NCBI GenBank assembly: GCA_000002445.1
Contig: CP000069.1
Span: 1,312,001-1,376,000, forward strand
DNA length: 64,000 nucleotides
Source of the DNA: Trypanosoma brucei
Lineage: Eukaryota
Reading direction: 5' to 3'
The notes below the pieces were generated by a model. The model saw only the letters and a list, made by a program, of their open reading frames with translations. It ran no database searches and was not told the DNA's origin. Positions 24,145-35,893 of this stretch are shown here, piece after piece. Both the position numbers and the translations under genes were made by a program. Positions within the stretch are counted from its first letter, which is position 1. Each line of letters begins with the position of its first letter.

Positions 24145-25124
24145 GAGGCATTAGACCATATTAAGTTTTGTGCGACAGCCTCTATACAATGGTGTGATCA
24201 CTGCAGAAAAATCGGAAGAATGTGCGATGCGGGTATACCCGTATTTTTATTTTCCAAGATTTAGGTGTGCTCGCTTACGAGAAGAGGGCTAAGAGACGAG
24301 GTGTGTTTAAATTTAGGCGCATGTGGATACAGGGTAGAATTACGTTAGCGAAATAATATGCGTCGGAGGTATACCCCCATTTGCACGAGGAGATGCGCCC
24401 GATGCGAACATACAATCTGTTTCTATTTTCCCTTTTTTTTTTACTGTTGTTTCTAATTTGTTATTATCCCACAGGATTCCCTAAGGCTAATATCCTCTGC
24501 CTTCTCTCTCTCTTTCGTTTTTTTGTTGTTGCTTAACTTAACAGCATATTTTCCGGTGGCGGTGGTCGATGGAAGCCAATTACTTATGGGTGTAGCACTG
24601 CGGGTCATAACATATTTTCGTAGGGGACCGCTATGGGGACACCATCGGAAGCCGTCTAAAAGGCCACGGTCGAACTCTTTTGATGTTAATAATAAAAACT
24701 GCACAAGCACCGAATATGATAAGGGCGCACTCGCAGTGAATGAAAATACAAGGGATGAGGACGAAGGTGTGACGTCCCTTTTGGCCATGCGAGTGATGAG
24801 TGGCGCTGATGGTGCCACTGAAGTCCCACTCTGTCGTGCGGTGCTTCGTGGCTCGTCTGTGGAGGGCGCTTATGGTTGTCATTATCATGCATATCCCTCC
24901 GAATCCCCACACGGCGCTCACGGGACGTCGCTCTGTTGGTCCTTAGAAAAATCATCGATCAAATTGTACGAGCTTTTGTGTCTTTGTCGGCTAGCTAATA
25001 GCTGTCGGAAGGATGTTGTACTTTTCGATGGGAGGGAGGGTTTGCTCTTTTCGTACCGTGCAACCCTTTGAGGGGACATGTTTAACATACCGGCGACCAA
25101 TGCTGCCGGAAAGATACCATATTT

Positions 25125-25172
25125 ACACACACACACACACACACGTATATATATATATATATATATATATAT
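25125..25172. repeat. Compound microsatellite (CA)n(TA)n. Similar (TA)n, (TG)n and (CA)n tracts occur at about 3990-4010, 4309-4338, 5755-5773, 18836-18860, 19442-19486, 25255-25280, 50785-50872, 55105-55140 and 57770-57790 (coordinates approximate).
   Basis: Read directly: acacacacacacacacacgtatatatatatatatatatatatatatgc. All of these tracts lie in intergenic or UTR DNA. Confidence 0.8.
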
Positions 25173-25603
25173 GCATATTGCTTTGGTGCTAGTAGGGAGT
25201 TGTTGAGTTATGGTGGCTGGGACAAGGCAGAACAAACTTGCGAGGGGCGTTTTACCGTGTGTGTGTGTGTTTGTGTGTGTCCACCACATAAATCCTATAT
25301 GTTGTGTTGGTTAGCCAACCTTCAGGACGATAGTTGTGTTCTACCTTGTGGTGTGATGATGGGGTTTGCACTTTCCTTTCTCGCAAATTTCTTTGGTGTT
25401 GCTGCACTCTGGCTACAATGTGTTTTTTTTTTTCGCCCCTGACACTAAATATTGGACTCCACATCATCTTCCTTGTTCTTCGCTCCGTTTTTCAATCATC
25501 GCGGGATACTACAGGTAAGCGAAATTTCCGTCAGATCTACCCGCAAGAAGAAGAGGCAACATAGACATACACACCCGAGCAAGGGAAGTATTTGCAAAGT
25601 GAT

Positions 25604-26860
25604 ATGACTAGTATCGAGATGCAGGTGGATGTCGCTGAATTGGAAAGAAAATATGAAGCTCTGGCTAATGTAAAAGTTTTTGACGATAACGTTAGAAAAG
25701 GTGTCGATACGATCCTTGCAACGATGCCGAATCCTGACAAGCAGCACAGCCCCGAGGAGAAGGTGCGGTTATATGTCCTTCGTTGCAAGGCCTTGCTCCT
25801 GCTTCCAAGTTACTCAAAGGACTCTGAGCGGTGCTGCAGTGCTGCACTAAAGCTTCGAAACGATCGTCCTGATCTCTGGGTTTTACTCAGTGAATGCTTC
25901 ACGCAGCGGGGTGCAACCAAGGAGGCATGCGAGGCATTGGATAATGCCTTGCGGCTGGACAGTCGCAATGAGAAAGCCCTCAGCCAGTATAGCCAAGTCC
26001 TCCGCATTCGCTCAGCGGACTCCAAGCTGCCACTGCAGGAGAGCAGAAAATATTTAAGTGAGGCCGTGCTGCGTGCCAAAGAGGCTGTTGCAGTGTCCCC
26101 TGCGAGTGCATCATGTTGGCACCTTTATGGTATTGCCTTACTTTCTGAAGCACTCTCGAATGGTATGAATGTTGAAGGCGCGCAGCGTTCGTTAAAAGCA
26201 CTCGAGCAGGCTTCCCGGATTGAGCCCAGGGATCCTGACGTGTGCTACAACAAGGGCGCTGTTGAAGGTGTGCTTGGATACTTTGGAAGTGCGTCGTGCG
26301 ACCTGCTGACGGCGCTGGAGGAGGACCCCCACCGTCTGAAAGGGGCGAGAAAGCAACTGGAGGATTACCTTTCCATAATTAGGCGTGCGATTTCAATGAC
26401 TGAATCCATGCAACGAACGGGGAAGAAAGCATTTACGTCACTGGTAACCAAGCTTGCGAAACATGTAGATTCCATGACGCTGAGGGAAGCACTAGAACGG
26501 GAAACAAGTTCCTTATGTAAGGTGTCGGTGGGTGTAGTGGACGTTTTGAGCGAAACGACAATGGAGCCGATGGTTGTGCTTTCTGTCGACAGAGTCGGTG
26601 AGTTTTGTCTACTACTTTTTCACGGTATTCGCCGCGGTACCTTCAAGATGAGAGACGCCGTAGTCACTTTGACTGTCCCCAAGAGTAACCCCGTTCGTGT
26701 GACCCATGAAGTGCCTGCCATTCCTTTTTTGGATACAAGCGCGTACTCGTGCTCGTATGTGCAAGTGATCGTTGACGTTGATTCGACGATTGTTAATGGA
26801 GCACCAATTTCTTCACAGATGCGGGTGCCACCACAGGTCTCGACAAGGCTATTTATATAA
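25604..26860 (+). CDS. Hypothetical protein with a TPR-like helical-repeat N-terminal half, 418 aa
   Basis: The ORF track starts at TTG 25592. The first ATG is 25604-25606 (MTSIEMQVDV...), which I checked. Repeated amphipathic helix pairs with A/L/Y/W/N spacing (KALLLLPSYSKDSERCCSAALKLRNDRPDLWVLLSECF..., EKALSQYSQVLRI...) suggest TPR-like repeats. Confidence 0.5.
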   Translation: MTSIEMQVDVAELERKYEALANVKVFDDNVRKGVDTILATMPNPDKQHSPEEKVRLYVLRCKALLLLPSYSKDSERCCSAALKLRNDRPDLWVLLSECFTQRGATKEACEALDNALRLDSRNEKALSQYSQVLRIRSADSKLPLQESRKYLSEAVLRAKEAVAVSPASASCWHLYGIALLSEALSNGMNVEGAQRSLKALEQASRIEPRDPDVCYNKGAVEGVLGYFGSASCDLLTALEEDPHRLKGARKQLEDYLSIIRRAISMTESMQRTGKKAFTSLVTKLAKHVDSMTLREALERETSSLCKVSVGVVDVLSETTMEPMVVLSVDRVGEFCLLLFHGIRRGTFKMRDAVVTLTVPKSNPVRVTHEVPAIPFLDTSAYSCSYVQVIVDVDSTIVNGAPISSQMRVPPQVSTRLFI

Positions 26861-27336
26861 GTCCGTATCGCGCCACATGTGTGCATAATCTACTGACTGT
26901 CTATCCATCTATCTATTCATCTCTTTAAGTAGAGACGTATGCAAGTGCATTGTTGAGCGCATCTCGGCTTCCTCTAATAGAAGGACAGCAGCTTTGCGCC
27001 AAACAAGGTGATTGTTGTGGACTACATATCACAAGCAGACTAAGCATAAGTGATGCATGAGAGATGGGAGATGATGATGAAGGGATGGGGCTTCTGTTGT
27101 GTACCCCCTCGTTATCTTCTTTCTCTTCTTTTAAAATTTTTTTAAAATTCACATACTTGTTTCGCTCAACTTTCTTTATGCTGCTTCCGCGGCGATACCT
27201 GTGGTTTCACCACATATTAGTTTCTTCACTTTTTTCTTTCATTTTTAATTTTAATTTTTTTAAAATAAAATTTACTAATATAGTATCTGTGACGGCAGTG
27301 TTGGTTTTGCTGTGCTTAAGGAAGTGTTTTTGTCTG

Positions 27337-27690
27337 ATGGTTCAACGCATCCGCGTGTTGCATTGCGGGGTGGACAGTTACGGTTGCGGTCACTGTGGTG
27401 CATATTTCTGCGACAAGAGTGACGTCATCTCTCGTAATTTTAATGGGAAATTTGGTAAAGCTTATCTTGTGAGTCGTTGTTTTAACTTTTACTTCGGACC
27501 GGCAGAAGAGAAGGAGTTGATGACGGGAAAGCACATCGTGCGCGATGCTTTCTGTTCTAACTGCGATAGTTACTTTGGCTGGACGTATGACTTTGCCTAC
27601 GAGGACAAGGAGCGGTACAAAGTTTCTCGGTTTGTAGTAGAGCGCCAACTCTTGCAGGCAATAGCGGCGGGGCCCGCTGCCGGCTCGTGA
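27337..27690 (+). CDS. Yippee-like zinc-binding protein, 117 aa
   Basis: The ORF track starts far upstream in the pyrimidine tract. ATG 27337-27339 (MVQRIRVLHCGVDSYGCGHCGAYFC...) was checked, and the frame was checked codon-by-codon to TGA 27688-27690. The Yippee signature is present: CxxC ... GKAYL ... GPAEEKELMTGKH ... CSNCDSYFGWTYDFAYEDKERYK. Confidence 0.65.
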   Translation: MVQRIRVLHCGVDSYGCGHCGAYFCDKSDVISRNFNGKFGKAYLVSRCFNFYFGPAEEKELMTGKHIVRDAFCSNCDSYFGWTYDFAYEDKERYKVSRFVVERQLLQAIAAGPAAGS

Positions 27691-28915
27691 AAGTTAAACT
27701 GAAACACTGAGGCATGCATCATGTGCAGTTTTTGTGGAGAAAACTCTCAACTCTTTTTTTTTTGTATTTTGTTGTTCTCTTTTCCCTTTCTTGGTGTTTG
27801 GTTTTATGTCTTTAGTGCGTAATCGTTTGTTTCCTACCCTTCTCAAGGTACGTTGGGCATTGGTTTTCCTTACTGCAGTCGTTTGTTGAGGTCAGAAAAA
27901 TTTTGAAAAGATACGTATAATTTATATACCTGCATCTGCATGTGTGTGCATGATGTGTGCTTTTGTTTTTTTCTTTTTTGAGGGGGGGGGGAATGAATGT
28001 GGAATGAAGGAATGTTGAGAGGCATTAACGGAAGTGTAAAAATTCTGCAACTGGGCCACTGACTCCGCCCCATACTGCCACGAAATTCAAGTTTCTCATC
28101 TCCAGCTGTGTTATTAGTTGAGTATTTAAAGAAGAAAGAAAATTCATTATCCTTGTTTGCTATTATTTCAATCTCCGGCTCCTGTTGTTGATTAGCACCA
28201 GGGTGGTATTCAGCGTGTAACCAACAATAGCAAGGTTACCGGTGATTGGCCACTGCGTTTCGTTTACGCGACCCCATGCAACTGTTCAGCCTTTTCTCCC
28301 CTTCTTCAACAGCAGCAATAAGGATCCTTTGCGGTGATTGCTCATTGTGTTGTGGCCTTTTTTTAAAAAAAATTATTTCGTGAGTGCTTTTTTTTTAAAA
28401 TTCTTGTTTGTGTATACGTATGTGTATTCACTTTCTCACAGTTGGGGTTACCAAAGCCAATACCCTGTTTCTACGTTCCTTTTTATTCCTTATCTCCCAA
28501 TGCATTTCGTTGAATTCTCAACGAGGAAACAGAGACTTAAGGGGAGGGGGAGGGAAATGAGAAACGGGAAGTAAAGGAAAGCAAACCAATGGTATTTCGG
28601 TTCCTTTCCTGATGATTTTCTACCTTTTTTTCGTAGCAAAATATGTTCTTGCATTTATATATTTGATGAAGGTCCTGCTTTCGCTCTGCCACAGGCCATG
28701 TTGTTGTGCCAGTCATTTCATCGTCTGTTCAGCACATACAAATCTTTCTCCTCTACATGTTTGTTCGTGCCCGCTCCAACCTTAACGTTTTCCATTTTAT
28801 TATCATTATTAGGGCTTGCAATTGCTCAAGTGCACACACAAATCACCTAGAAAAAAGGTAGAGGTATTTAAGTAGTTTGTATACGTGTCGTTGTTGCTTT
28901 CTTTTTTAAAGATCC

Positions 28916-29707
28916 ATGAGCAACCCTTGGAACGCAAAGCTAGTGGAGGAGCTTCTCTTTCGTCAATATGAAAAAGGCGAGGACGTGTCAATGCTGCTCC
29001 CCCCACCACCTGCATTATCGGTTGATCAATACCTGAAGGAATACGAGCAGAGCACCAAAGTTCTCTTCGCATATGTTCGGAATGGTCCAGCCAATGCTCT
29101 CACGCCGCAGAATATCAATAACCCAAGGATGTACGGTGGTACCCCAACGAAGGGCTCGTCTTCCATGCAACGTACAGGTAACCAAGGAGGTGCGACATGC
29201 GCAACAACATCATCATCCTCGGCATGTGGTGTGGATTCTAAGGCACAAATGCAACGCCATCCTCGAGGGTTGGATGGCTCCCAATCCGCTGCACCATCTC
29301 TTCCCCTCACAGCGGGAGACGCTGCAGCGGGACAGGGAAGCATGGCCCCACCAGAACATATAAGGAAGCGCATTGAGTGGCCCGCCACTGTGCCCACCAA
29401 CTCCGCGTTAAAAAGCAACAGCCGCTCAAGGGTAGCGAATTTAACCACAAAAAGAGTAGCAGCACAGGAGAGAGTGGACCCGGATCTCATATTTATGCAA
29501 AACCCTGAGGAGTTGCCGCTTCATACGATCTTTGCTAAGTATCCCAAGGCCGTCGAATCCATTGCGGCCCTTCGTGGTGGTAGCGGTGATTGGCGTGAGG
29601 ATACTTTTACAGAAGAGGAAGAAATCCTTTACAAGCGCGAGCTGCGTTACAGTCACATGGGACCAAGTCAATGTGGTTTCTTCCGTTCAAACTTGATTCA
29701 AAGGTGA
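28916..29707 (+). CDS. Hypothetical protein, 263 aa, with Ser/Thr/Gly/Ala-rich low-complexity middle region
   Basis: Real ATG at 28916-28918, preceded by a T-rich tract and an AG. No domain recognised. Confidence 0.4.
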   Translation: MSNPWNAKLVEELLFRQYEKGEDVSMLLPPPPALSVDQYLKEYEQSTKVLFAYVRNGPANALTPQNINNPRMYGGTPTKGSSSMQRTGNQGGATCATTSSSSACGVDSKAQMQRHPRGLDGSQSAAPSLPLTAGDAAAGQGSMAPPEHIRKRIEWPATVPTNSALKSNSRSRVANLTTKRVAAQERVDPDLIFMQNPEELPLHTIFAKYPKAVESIAALRGGSGDWREDTFTEEEEILYKRELRYSHMGPSQCGFFRSNLIQR

Positions 29708-30103
29708 TACCCAGTGACAAAAGTGTACTTTGTTCAAATTTTGTATTTTTAGATGGTTTTGAAGAAGTTTTGTGGCGCCTTTGCTCTTTCAAAGAGCGCA
29801 GATCGGTTTTACTCTCACTTCCCCTTGTCTTTCTTTCTTCAACTTATTCGCTCTCTTTCTCCGTTGCTGACCGGACCACTCATATAACAAGGGTGACTGC
29901 AACTACTGGAGCGGTTCCGTGTGATGAGTATCGGCGTCAGGCGTGATCATTTGTATTCCGTAGACGCATCAGCAGTGGGTTGTGTTTCACTACTTGTCTG
30001 ACCCACTTGGTGTGTATGACTTGTTGGTATTCTTTTTTTTTCTTCTTTTACTTAATTTTGGACATTCGCTGTGCGTGAACTGTGCTAGGCTGCTGAAGCC
30101 GTG

Positions 30104-31696
30104 ATGCCGTACCCATTGGGGTCGTCTCTTTGGGTCAAGTGCGACGACGGAGAGTGGTGGCCCGCTACCGTCCGTGAAGTGGAGACTGAGTTGCTTCTCA
30201 GCATGGGTAGTGAATACGACACCTGCATTGAATTCTATCATGACCCAGGAAACTTTTATCCACTAGACTCTACTAGCGGAGGCGTGCGACTTCTACACCT
30301 TGCAGTCGAGGAAAGAGACAAGGATGAGCAGCGCCTGTTTAATGTGAGTGCGACGAAGGAGGCCGTAAGGCGGTTACTTGAGGAACGCAGCGGCACACCC
30401 ACGGCGTCTCCCACCGAAGATTCGCAACCTTACAGTGCAGCGGAAATGCGATATATGAGGTCCCTTGTAGATTCAGTGAGCCCAGATTCTGCCGCTGTGA
30501 TGCAAAATTCGTTAAAGCAAGAGGGGGTGAATATTTCTAGAAGGAACATCCGGCGTGTGGCAAGGAAGGAACGTTCTAGCAAGTCAAAGGTTTCGCGTTC
30601 GCGCACTTCCGTGGAGGAACGGAGCACAGTACGGTTGACAAGTAGCCTGGGTTCGACACAAAGTAGTAAAAGTACCAATCCAACACCCCCATTATCTTGT
30701 GGTAGGTCTTCTTCCTCGTGGAGAAGGAGGTCTGGGGGGCGTGGTGGAGTAGAAGTGTATGGGGAGTGTGTGTTTCAGGAGGCTGTCGATGCCGCTACGT
30801 TGGATGTACTACGTGCTGAAGTCTTCGGAAATCCTGACCGGTTCGTTCTTTCACCCTTGTACCGCTTCCTTGATGTGTTAGGCGCGGTGTCAGTCGAGGG
30901 TGAAAGCATAGAAACAACACTTCCATCCCCAGCGGCAGTAAACGAAGAGCCACCTCAGGGGTTTTCCCCTTCTCGGCGTGTTCTTCTGGTTCCTCTGTCA
31001 TCGTCGTCTTACAACCACACGGATGGCTGGTTGGAGTCTTTCGAGTTTGAGAATAAGAGAATAGCCATGGAACTGTTTGTGAACGGTTTGAAGGTTGTCA
31101 CCCCTCCCAACCCGTCGGTACCCTCTGGGAGGGAAAGTGTGGCCGTAAAAACGACACCTGTTGCGGATATAACGGAAATGGTCTCGGGGAAAGAGTTGTT
31201 TTCACTGCGTGTGCACTTTACAGGACTCATGGAGGATGCGACGTTGTGGGAAGGTTATATCGTTGCTGTTTACGTGGAGCGCACCGGCGTTGATTTGCTA
31301 GCCGAGCGAATTGTCTCCAACTACCATTCGTCGCCAGCGCAACGGGAGGTTGAAGGTGTTGTTGATGTGCAGGTTAGGGCCGTCTGTCCCATAACTGCGC
31401 TGCCACTAAGTGTTCCTGTTCGTGCCTGTGGTTGTGAGCACGTTCAGTGCATTGAATTACAGGCCGTGCTGATGCACTGCGATCGTACAAATGTGTGGAA
31501 CTGCCCGCTTTGCTGGGCGCCCATGACACCAGAAACTATTGCAGTGAATTATAGGTTAAAAGAGTGGTTGGACAGTAACAGATCACGCGTAAATAAGGTA
31601 GATTTCATCGTTGAAACCCCTCCTGGTCGGAACCTGAACGTCGTTTGGAGGAAGAACGAACCGAGAAAGATTGACAACATCGAAACGCTTGAGTAG
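30104..31696 (+). CDS. Protein with a C-terminal SP-RING/MIZ zinc finger (putative SUMO E3 ligase) and an N-terminal PWWP-like motif, 530 aa
   Basis: The ORF track starts at GTG 30101. ATG 30104-30106 (MPYPLGSSLWVKCDDGEWWPATV...) was checked. The C-terminus CPITALPLSVPVRACGCEHVQCIELQAVLMHCDRTNVWNCPLCWAP matches the SP-RING pattern (CP..., R..C.H.QCF/I.L..., W.CP.C). The N-terminal LWVKCDDGEWWPATV resembles a PWWP-domain core. Confidence 0.6.
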   Translation: MPYPLGSSLWVKCDDGEWWPATVREVETELLLSMGSEYDTCIEFYHDPGNFYPLDSTSGGVRLLHLAVEERDKDEQRLFNVSATKEAVRRLLEERSGTPTASPTEDSQPYSAAEMRYMRSLVDSVSPDSAAVMQNSLKQEGVNISRRNIRRVARKERSSKSKVSRSRTSVEERSTVRLTSSLGSTQSSKSTNPTPPLSCGRSSSSWRRRSGGRGGVEVYGECVFQEAVDAATLDVLRAEVFGNPDRFVLSPLYRFLDVLGAVSVEGESIETTLPSPAAVNEEPPQGFSPSRRVLLVPLSSSSYNHTDGWLESFEFENKRIAMELFVNGLKVVTPPNPSVPSGRESVAVKTTPVADITEMVSGKELFSLRVHFTGLMEDATLWEGYIVAVYVERTGVDLLAERIVSNYHSSPAQREVEGVVDVQVRAVCPITALPLSVPVRACGCEHVQCIELQAVLMHCDRTNVWNCPLCWAPMTPETIAVNYRLKEWLDSNRSRVNKVDFIVETPPGRNLNVVWRKNEPRKIDNIETLE

Positions 31697-32593
31697 CGTG
31701 TACGCACCTTCCACATGTTCACTTTTGTATTTCGAGTGGAATAATGTCAAATAAAAACGAAACAAACTGAGGGGGGGGGGAAATAACTTGAAGCACGCAT
31801 TACGCCACGGCTTGGCGCGGCTATTCGGGTTGCCATTCACGGAATTAGTAAAATATTTAAATAATGCAGGAAAAACAAAACAAAAACACGCAGCTTCACT
31901 CTATGCATACCACAAAAGACGAACTCTTTTCTTTACTCACCGTTCTCAACTCAAAATAAAGAAAAAAAACACATGAAAAAGGCAGATATAAAAAAGGAAG
32001 CGCATGGACCCAATGGGGTCCCAACATTGGTATTAAAACCACTGTCAAACGACTATGTTGTCACCATCCGCTCCATGAAAGTAAAGCACTATTTACTTGT
32101 TCGTAAGAAAAAGTCAGTTATAAGGAAAAAACTAATCCACATGCAAATCTGTGGCGCACCGCGACATTATAACATTCGCAAAAAACACGATATGGAAAAA
32201 AACAATTAAGCAACAATATGAAACGGAGATATTATCGCAACATAACAGGAATCAAGTTTCTATCCGTCTCAAACCACTTCCACTCGCTTAAAAAAAGGTA
32301 GAAAACCAAAAAGGATATGGGTAAAGAAAAGAAATGAAATAAAATTAACACACAACAACGAAAACAAATAATAATAAATAAAATTAATGAAACAACAACA
32401 GCAAAAATGTAATGAAAAAAAAAAAATAAAAGTTTTCACCTTACTTTGCTCTTTTCCTCTCAATTCCTCTCCCTGTCGGATGTACCATTAGTTTAAAGCT
32501 ACTTCGCGTATACACCTCAGTGTACCCCTATTTCGTTTGCTCTACTCCGCAAGGTTCTACATCAATCCTACCGCCCTTGTTTCGTGAAAGGTG

Positions 32594-33787
32594 ATGTCCG
32601 TGCGCCAGATATTCTTCACGTCGGAGCATGTGAGTGAAGGTCACCCCGATAAACTATGCGATCAGGTGTCGGATGCCGTACTGGATGCATGCCTTGAGCA
32701 GGACCCGCTCTCTAAGGTTGCATGCGAGACGTGCTCAAAGACGGGGATGGTGCTTGTGTTTGGTGAGATCACAACGAAGGCTGTGATTGACTACCAGAAG
32801 GTCGTACGTGACACGGTTAAGGAGATCGGCTTCGATAACACTGAGAAGGGGTTGGACTACCGTTCACTGAACCTGCTTGTGGCCGTTGAGCAACAATCAC
32901 CCGATATTTACCAGGGCCTCGGTGACTTTGGCGGGGAGAACCTCGGTGCTGGAGACCAGGGCATGATGTTTGGTTATGCGACGAATGAGACGGAGACACT
33001 AATGCCACTCTCTTACGAACTTGCGCGCGGTCTTGCAATGACATACAGCGAGTTGCGACGCAATGGTGGTCTTCCGTGGGCGCGCCCCGACGCTAAGACG
33101 CAAGTGACAGTGCAGTACGAATATGACACCCGCGGTGGCAAGCAGTTGCTGACACCTAAGCGAGTGGCTGTGATTCTTGTTTCTGCCCAGCATGACGACG
33201 GTGTGTCAAATGAAACCATCCGCGAGGACCTGGTGAAGAAGGTAATCAGCACCACCATTCCCGCGAAGTTCCTCGATGAGAACACCAAATATCACTTGAA
33301 CCCATCTGGGCGTTTCGTCATCGGTGGCCCACATGGTGACGCTGGGTTAACTGGTCGCAAGATAATTGTTGACACGTATGGCGGTTGGGGTGCCCATGGT
33401 GGTGGCGCGTTTTCTGGCAAGGATCCCTCGAAGGTGGACCGGTCGGCAGCGTATGCTGCTCGCTGGATTGCGAAGTCTCTGGTGGCCGCAGGTCTTGCAG
33501 ATCGGTGCCTTGTACAACTTTCGTACGCCATTGGAGTTGCGGAACCGCTCAATATCCATGTCGACACATATGGCACTGGTAAGCGCGATGACGAGTATAT
33601 ATTGGGTATTGTGCAGAAAAACTTCCGACTGCGCCCGTACGACATAATCAAGGAACTTGATCTTCGTCGGCCGATATACCGCCAGACTGCCTGTTTCGGG
33701 CACTTTGGGCGTGTGGACACGAACGGGAAGGGAGGATTCACGTGGGAGGTGCCCAAAACACTAGAGGGTCTTAGTGACGTGCAGTAG
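32594..33787 (+). CDS. METK1: S-adenosylmethionine synthetase (methionine adenosyltransferase), array copy 1 of 9
   Basis: ATG 32594 (the ORF-track GTG 32591 is one codon upstream). MAT signatures are present: [76 protein letters not shown] and AYGHFGR-like CFGHFGR. It is very close to human MAT2A over its length. Confidence 0.92.
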   Translation: MSVRQIFFTSEHVSEGHPDKLCDQVSDAVLDACLEQDPLSKVACETCSKTGMVLVFGEITTKAVIDYQKVVRDTVKEIGFDNTEKGLDYRSLNLLVAVEQQSPDIYQGLGDFGGENLGAGDQGMMFGYATNETETLMPLSYELARGLAMTYSELRRNGGLPWARPDAKTQVTVQYEYDTRGGKQLLTPKRVAVILVSAQHDDGVSNETIREDLVKKVISTTIPAKFLDENTKYHLNPSGRFVIGGPHGDAGLTGRKIIVDTYGGWGAHGGGAFSGKDPSKVDRSAAYAARWIAKSLVAAGLADRCLVQLSYAIGVAEPLNIHVDTYGTGKRDDEYILGIVQKNFRLRPYDIIKELDLRRPIYRQTACFGHFGRVDTNGKGGFTWEVPKTLEGLSDVQ

Positions 33788-34504
33788 TGTGTACTGCGCA
33801 CGAATAATCAGGCACACCTCCTTGCCCATCCTCACTGTTTGCGAGTAACTGCTCGCTTCCCGCCGAGTGGGTTCCTGTTGGTAACAACACCCGCCTTCGC
33901 TTATTTTTCGTTGTTACGTGATGTCATGTACTTGGCGATGTTGTGCATAAGGGAGTGGAGTAAGTAATAACAGTAGACAGGAGGTGGACGTTGCAATTAA
34001 ATTGTTTGACAAGTGTGAGGGTAGAGGGGGAAAGAATATATATATATATATATATATAACATATACCTATTTATTATTTTTAGGTATGCTATTTCGTACA
34101 CTAACGCTGTACTTTAATTCCTGGTATTTCCCACATATTGTTTCTCGGATGCGGTTTGCTCCTCATTCTTTACCTTTTTTGTTTTCTTTCGTTTTTACTC
34201 CATCATATGTTACCTTGACTGTAAACGTGTTGTTGTAAGTACTGTGACCTGTTAGCGTTACGTTTCAACTTTTTTCCCCTGCCTTACTGGGAGGTAAGTG
34301 TGATAACGACAGCAAGTGGGTACCATTATGATTGTAATTGTAAGAAATATTATTTCTGTTACATCAACCTTTGTCATTTAACTGTCACTCACGTATGGTA
34401 AGTCCTACGGTCTGTCGCCGGGGCTTTGCTTACCGTTCGTTGCTCTATCCGCTGCTGCGCACATGTAGTGAAGTACCTCGTTGTAACTGTAGTAAATAGC
34501 TAAT

Positions 34505-34604
34505 CTCCTATGTCTCCTTATTATTGTCCTTCTTTCTTCTCTTCTCTTTTGTTTTTTTTTTACCCTCAATTCCTCTCCCTGTCGGATGTACCATTAGTTT
34601 AAAG
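34505..34604 (+). promoter_or_regulatory. Polypyrimidine tract plus AG dinucleotides, a probable spliced-leader trans-splice acceptor region for the downstream METK copy. The same element recurs about 100-200 nt upstream of every array copy.
   Basis: An 85-nt run that is almost all C/T (ctcctatgtctccttattattgtccttctttcttctcttctcttttgttttttttttaccctcaattcctctccctgtcgg) is followed by AG at about 34596 and 34603, roughly 100 nt before ATG 34700. The general mechanism is established for kinetoplastids. The exact site is inferred. Confidence 0.45.
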
Positions 34605-34699
34605 CTACTTCGCGTATACACCTCAGTGTACCCCTATTTCGTTTGCTCTACTCCGCAAGGTTCTACATCAATCCTACCGCCCTTGTTTCGTGAAAGGTG

Positions 34700-35893
34700 A
34701 TGTCCGTGCGCCAGATATTCTTCACGTCGGAGCATGTGAGTGAAGGTCACCCCGATAAACTATGCGATCAGGTGTCGGATGCCGTACTGGATGCATGCCT
34801 TGAGCAGGACCCGCTCTCTAAGGTTGCATGCGAGACGTGCTCAAAGACGGGGATGGTGCTTGTGTTTGGTGAGATCACAACGAAGGCTGTGATTGACTAC
34901 CAGAAGGTCGTACGTGACACGGTTAAGGAGATCGGCTTCGATAACACTGAGAAGGGGTTGGACTACCGTTCACTGAACCTGCTTGTGGCCGTTGAGCAAC
35001 AATCACCCGATATTTACCAGGGCCTCGGTGACTTTGGCGGGGAGAACCTCGGTGCTGGAGACCAGGGCATGATGTTTGGTTATGCGACGAATGAGACGGA
35101 GACACTAATGCCACTCTCTTACGAACTTGCGCGCGGTCTTGCAATGACATACAGCGAGTTGCGACGCAATGGTGGTCTTCCGTGGGCGCGCCCCGACGCT
35201 AAGACGCAAGTGACAGTGCAGTACGAATATGACACCCGCGGTGGCAAGCAGTTGCTGACACCTAAGCGAGTGGCTGTGATTCTTGTTTCTGCCCAGCATG
35301 ACGACGGTGTGTCAAATGAAACCATCCGCGAGGACCTGGTGAAGAAGGTAATCAGCACCACCATTCCCGCGAAGTTCCTCGATGAGAACACCAAATATCA
35401 CTTGAACCCATCTGGGCGTTTTGTCATCGGTGGCCCACATGGTGACGCTGGGTTAACTGGTCGCAAGATAATTGTTGACACGTATGGCGGTTGGGGTGCC
35501 CATGGTGGTGGCGCGTTTTCTGGCAAGGATCCCTCGAAGGTGGACCGGTCGGCAGCGTATGCTGCTCGCTGGATTGCAAAGTCTCTGGTGGCCGCAGGTC
35601 TTGCAGATCGGTGCCTTGTACAACTTTCGTACGCCATTGGAGTTGCGGAACCGCTCAATATCCATGTCGACACATATGGCACTGGTAAGCGCGATGACGA
35701 GTATATATTGGGTATTGTGCAGAAAAACTTCCGACTGCGCCCGTACGACATAATCAAGGAACTTGATCTTCGTCGGCCGATATACCGCCAGACTGCCTGT
35801 TTCGGGCACTTTGGGCGTGTGGACACGAACGGGAAGGGAGGATTCACGTGGGAGGTGCCCAAAACACTAGAGGGTCTTAGTGACGTGCAGTAG
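34700..35893 (+). CDS. METK1: S-adenosylmethionine synthetase, array copy 2; carries two copy-specific synonymous changes (near 35421 and 35577)
   Basis: Identical translation to copy 1. The differences were seen by aligning the repeat units by eye. Confidence 0.92.
   Translation: MSVRQIFFTSEHVSEGHPDKLCDQVSDAVLDACLEQDPLSKVACETCSKTGMVLVFGEITTKAVIDYQKVVRDTVKEIGFDNTEKGLDYRSLNLLVAVEQQSPDIYQGLGDFGGENLGAGDQGMMFGYATNETETLMPLSYELARGLAMTYSELRRNGGLPWARPDAKTQVTVQYEYDTRGGKQLLTPKRVAVILVSAQHDDGVSNETIREDLVKKVISTTIPAKFLDENTKYHLNPSGRFVIGGPHGDAGLTGRKIIVDTYGGWGAHGGGAFSGKDPSKVDRSAAYAARWIAKSLVAAGLADRCLVQLSYAIGVAEPLNIHVDTYGTGKRDDEYILGIVQKNFRLRPYDIIKELDLRRPIYRQTACFGHFGRVDTNGKGGFTWEVPKTLEGLSDVQ

Noticed and set aside
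33292-33801. A set of minus-strand ORFs (169, 118, 91, 75 and 64 aa) repeated identically at every METK copy, which looks like an antisense gene family
   Set aside because: They lie entirely inside the METK coding sequences and recur only because the sense gene recurs. GC-rich coding DNA routinely yields open antisense frames. No independent signal (polypyrimidine tract/AG, conservation) supports them, and the whole window behaves as one + strand polycistron.
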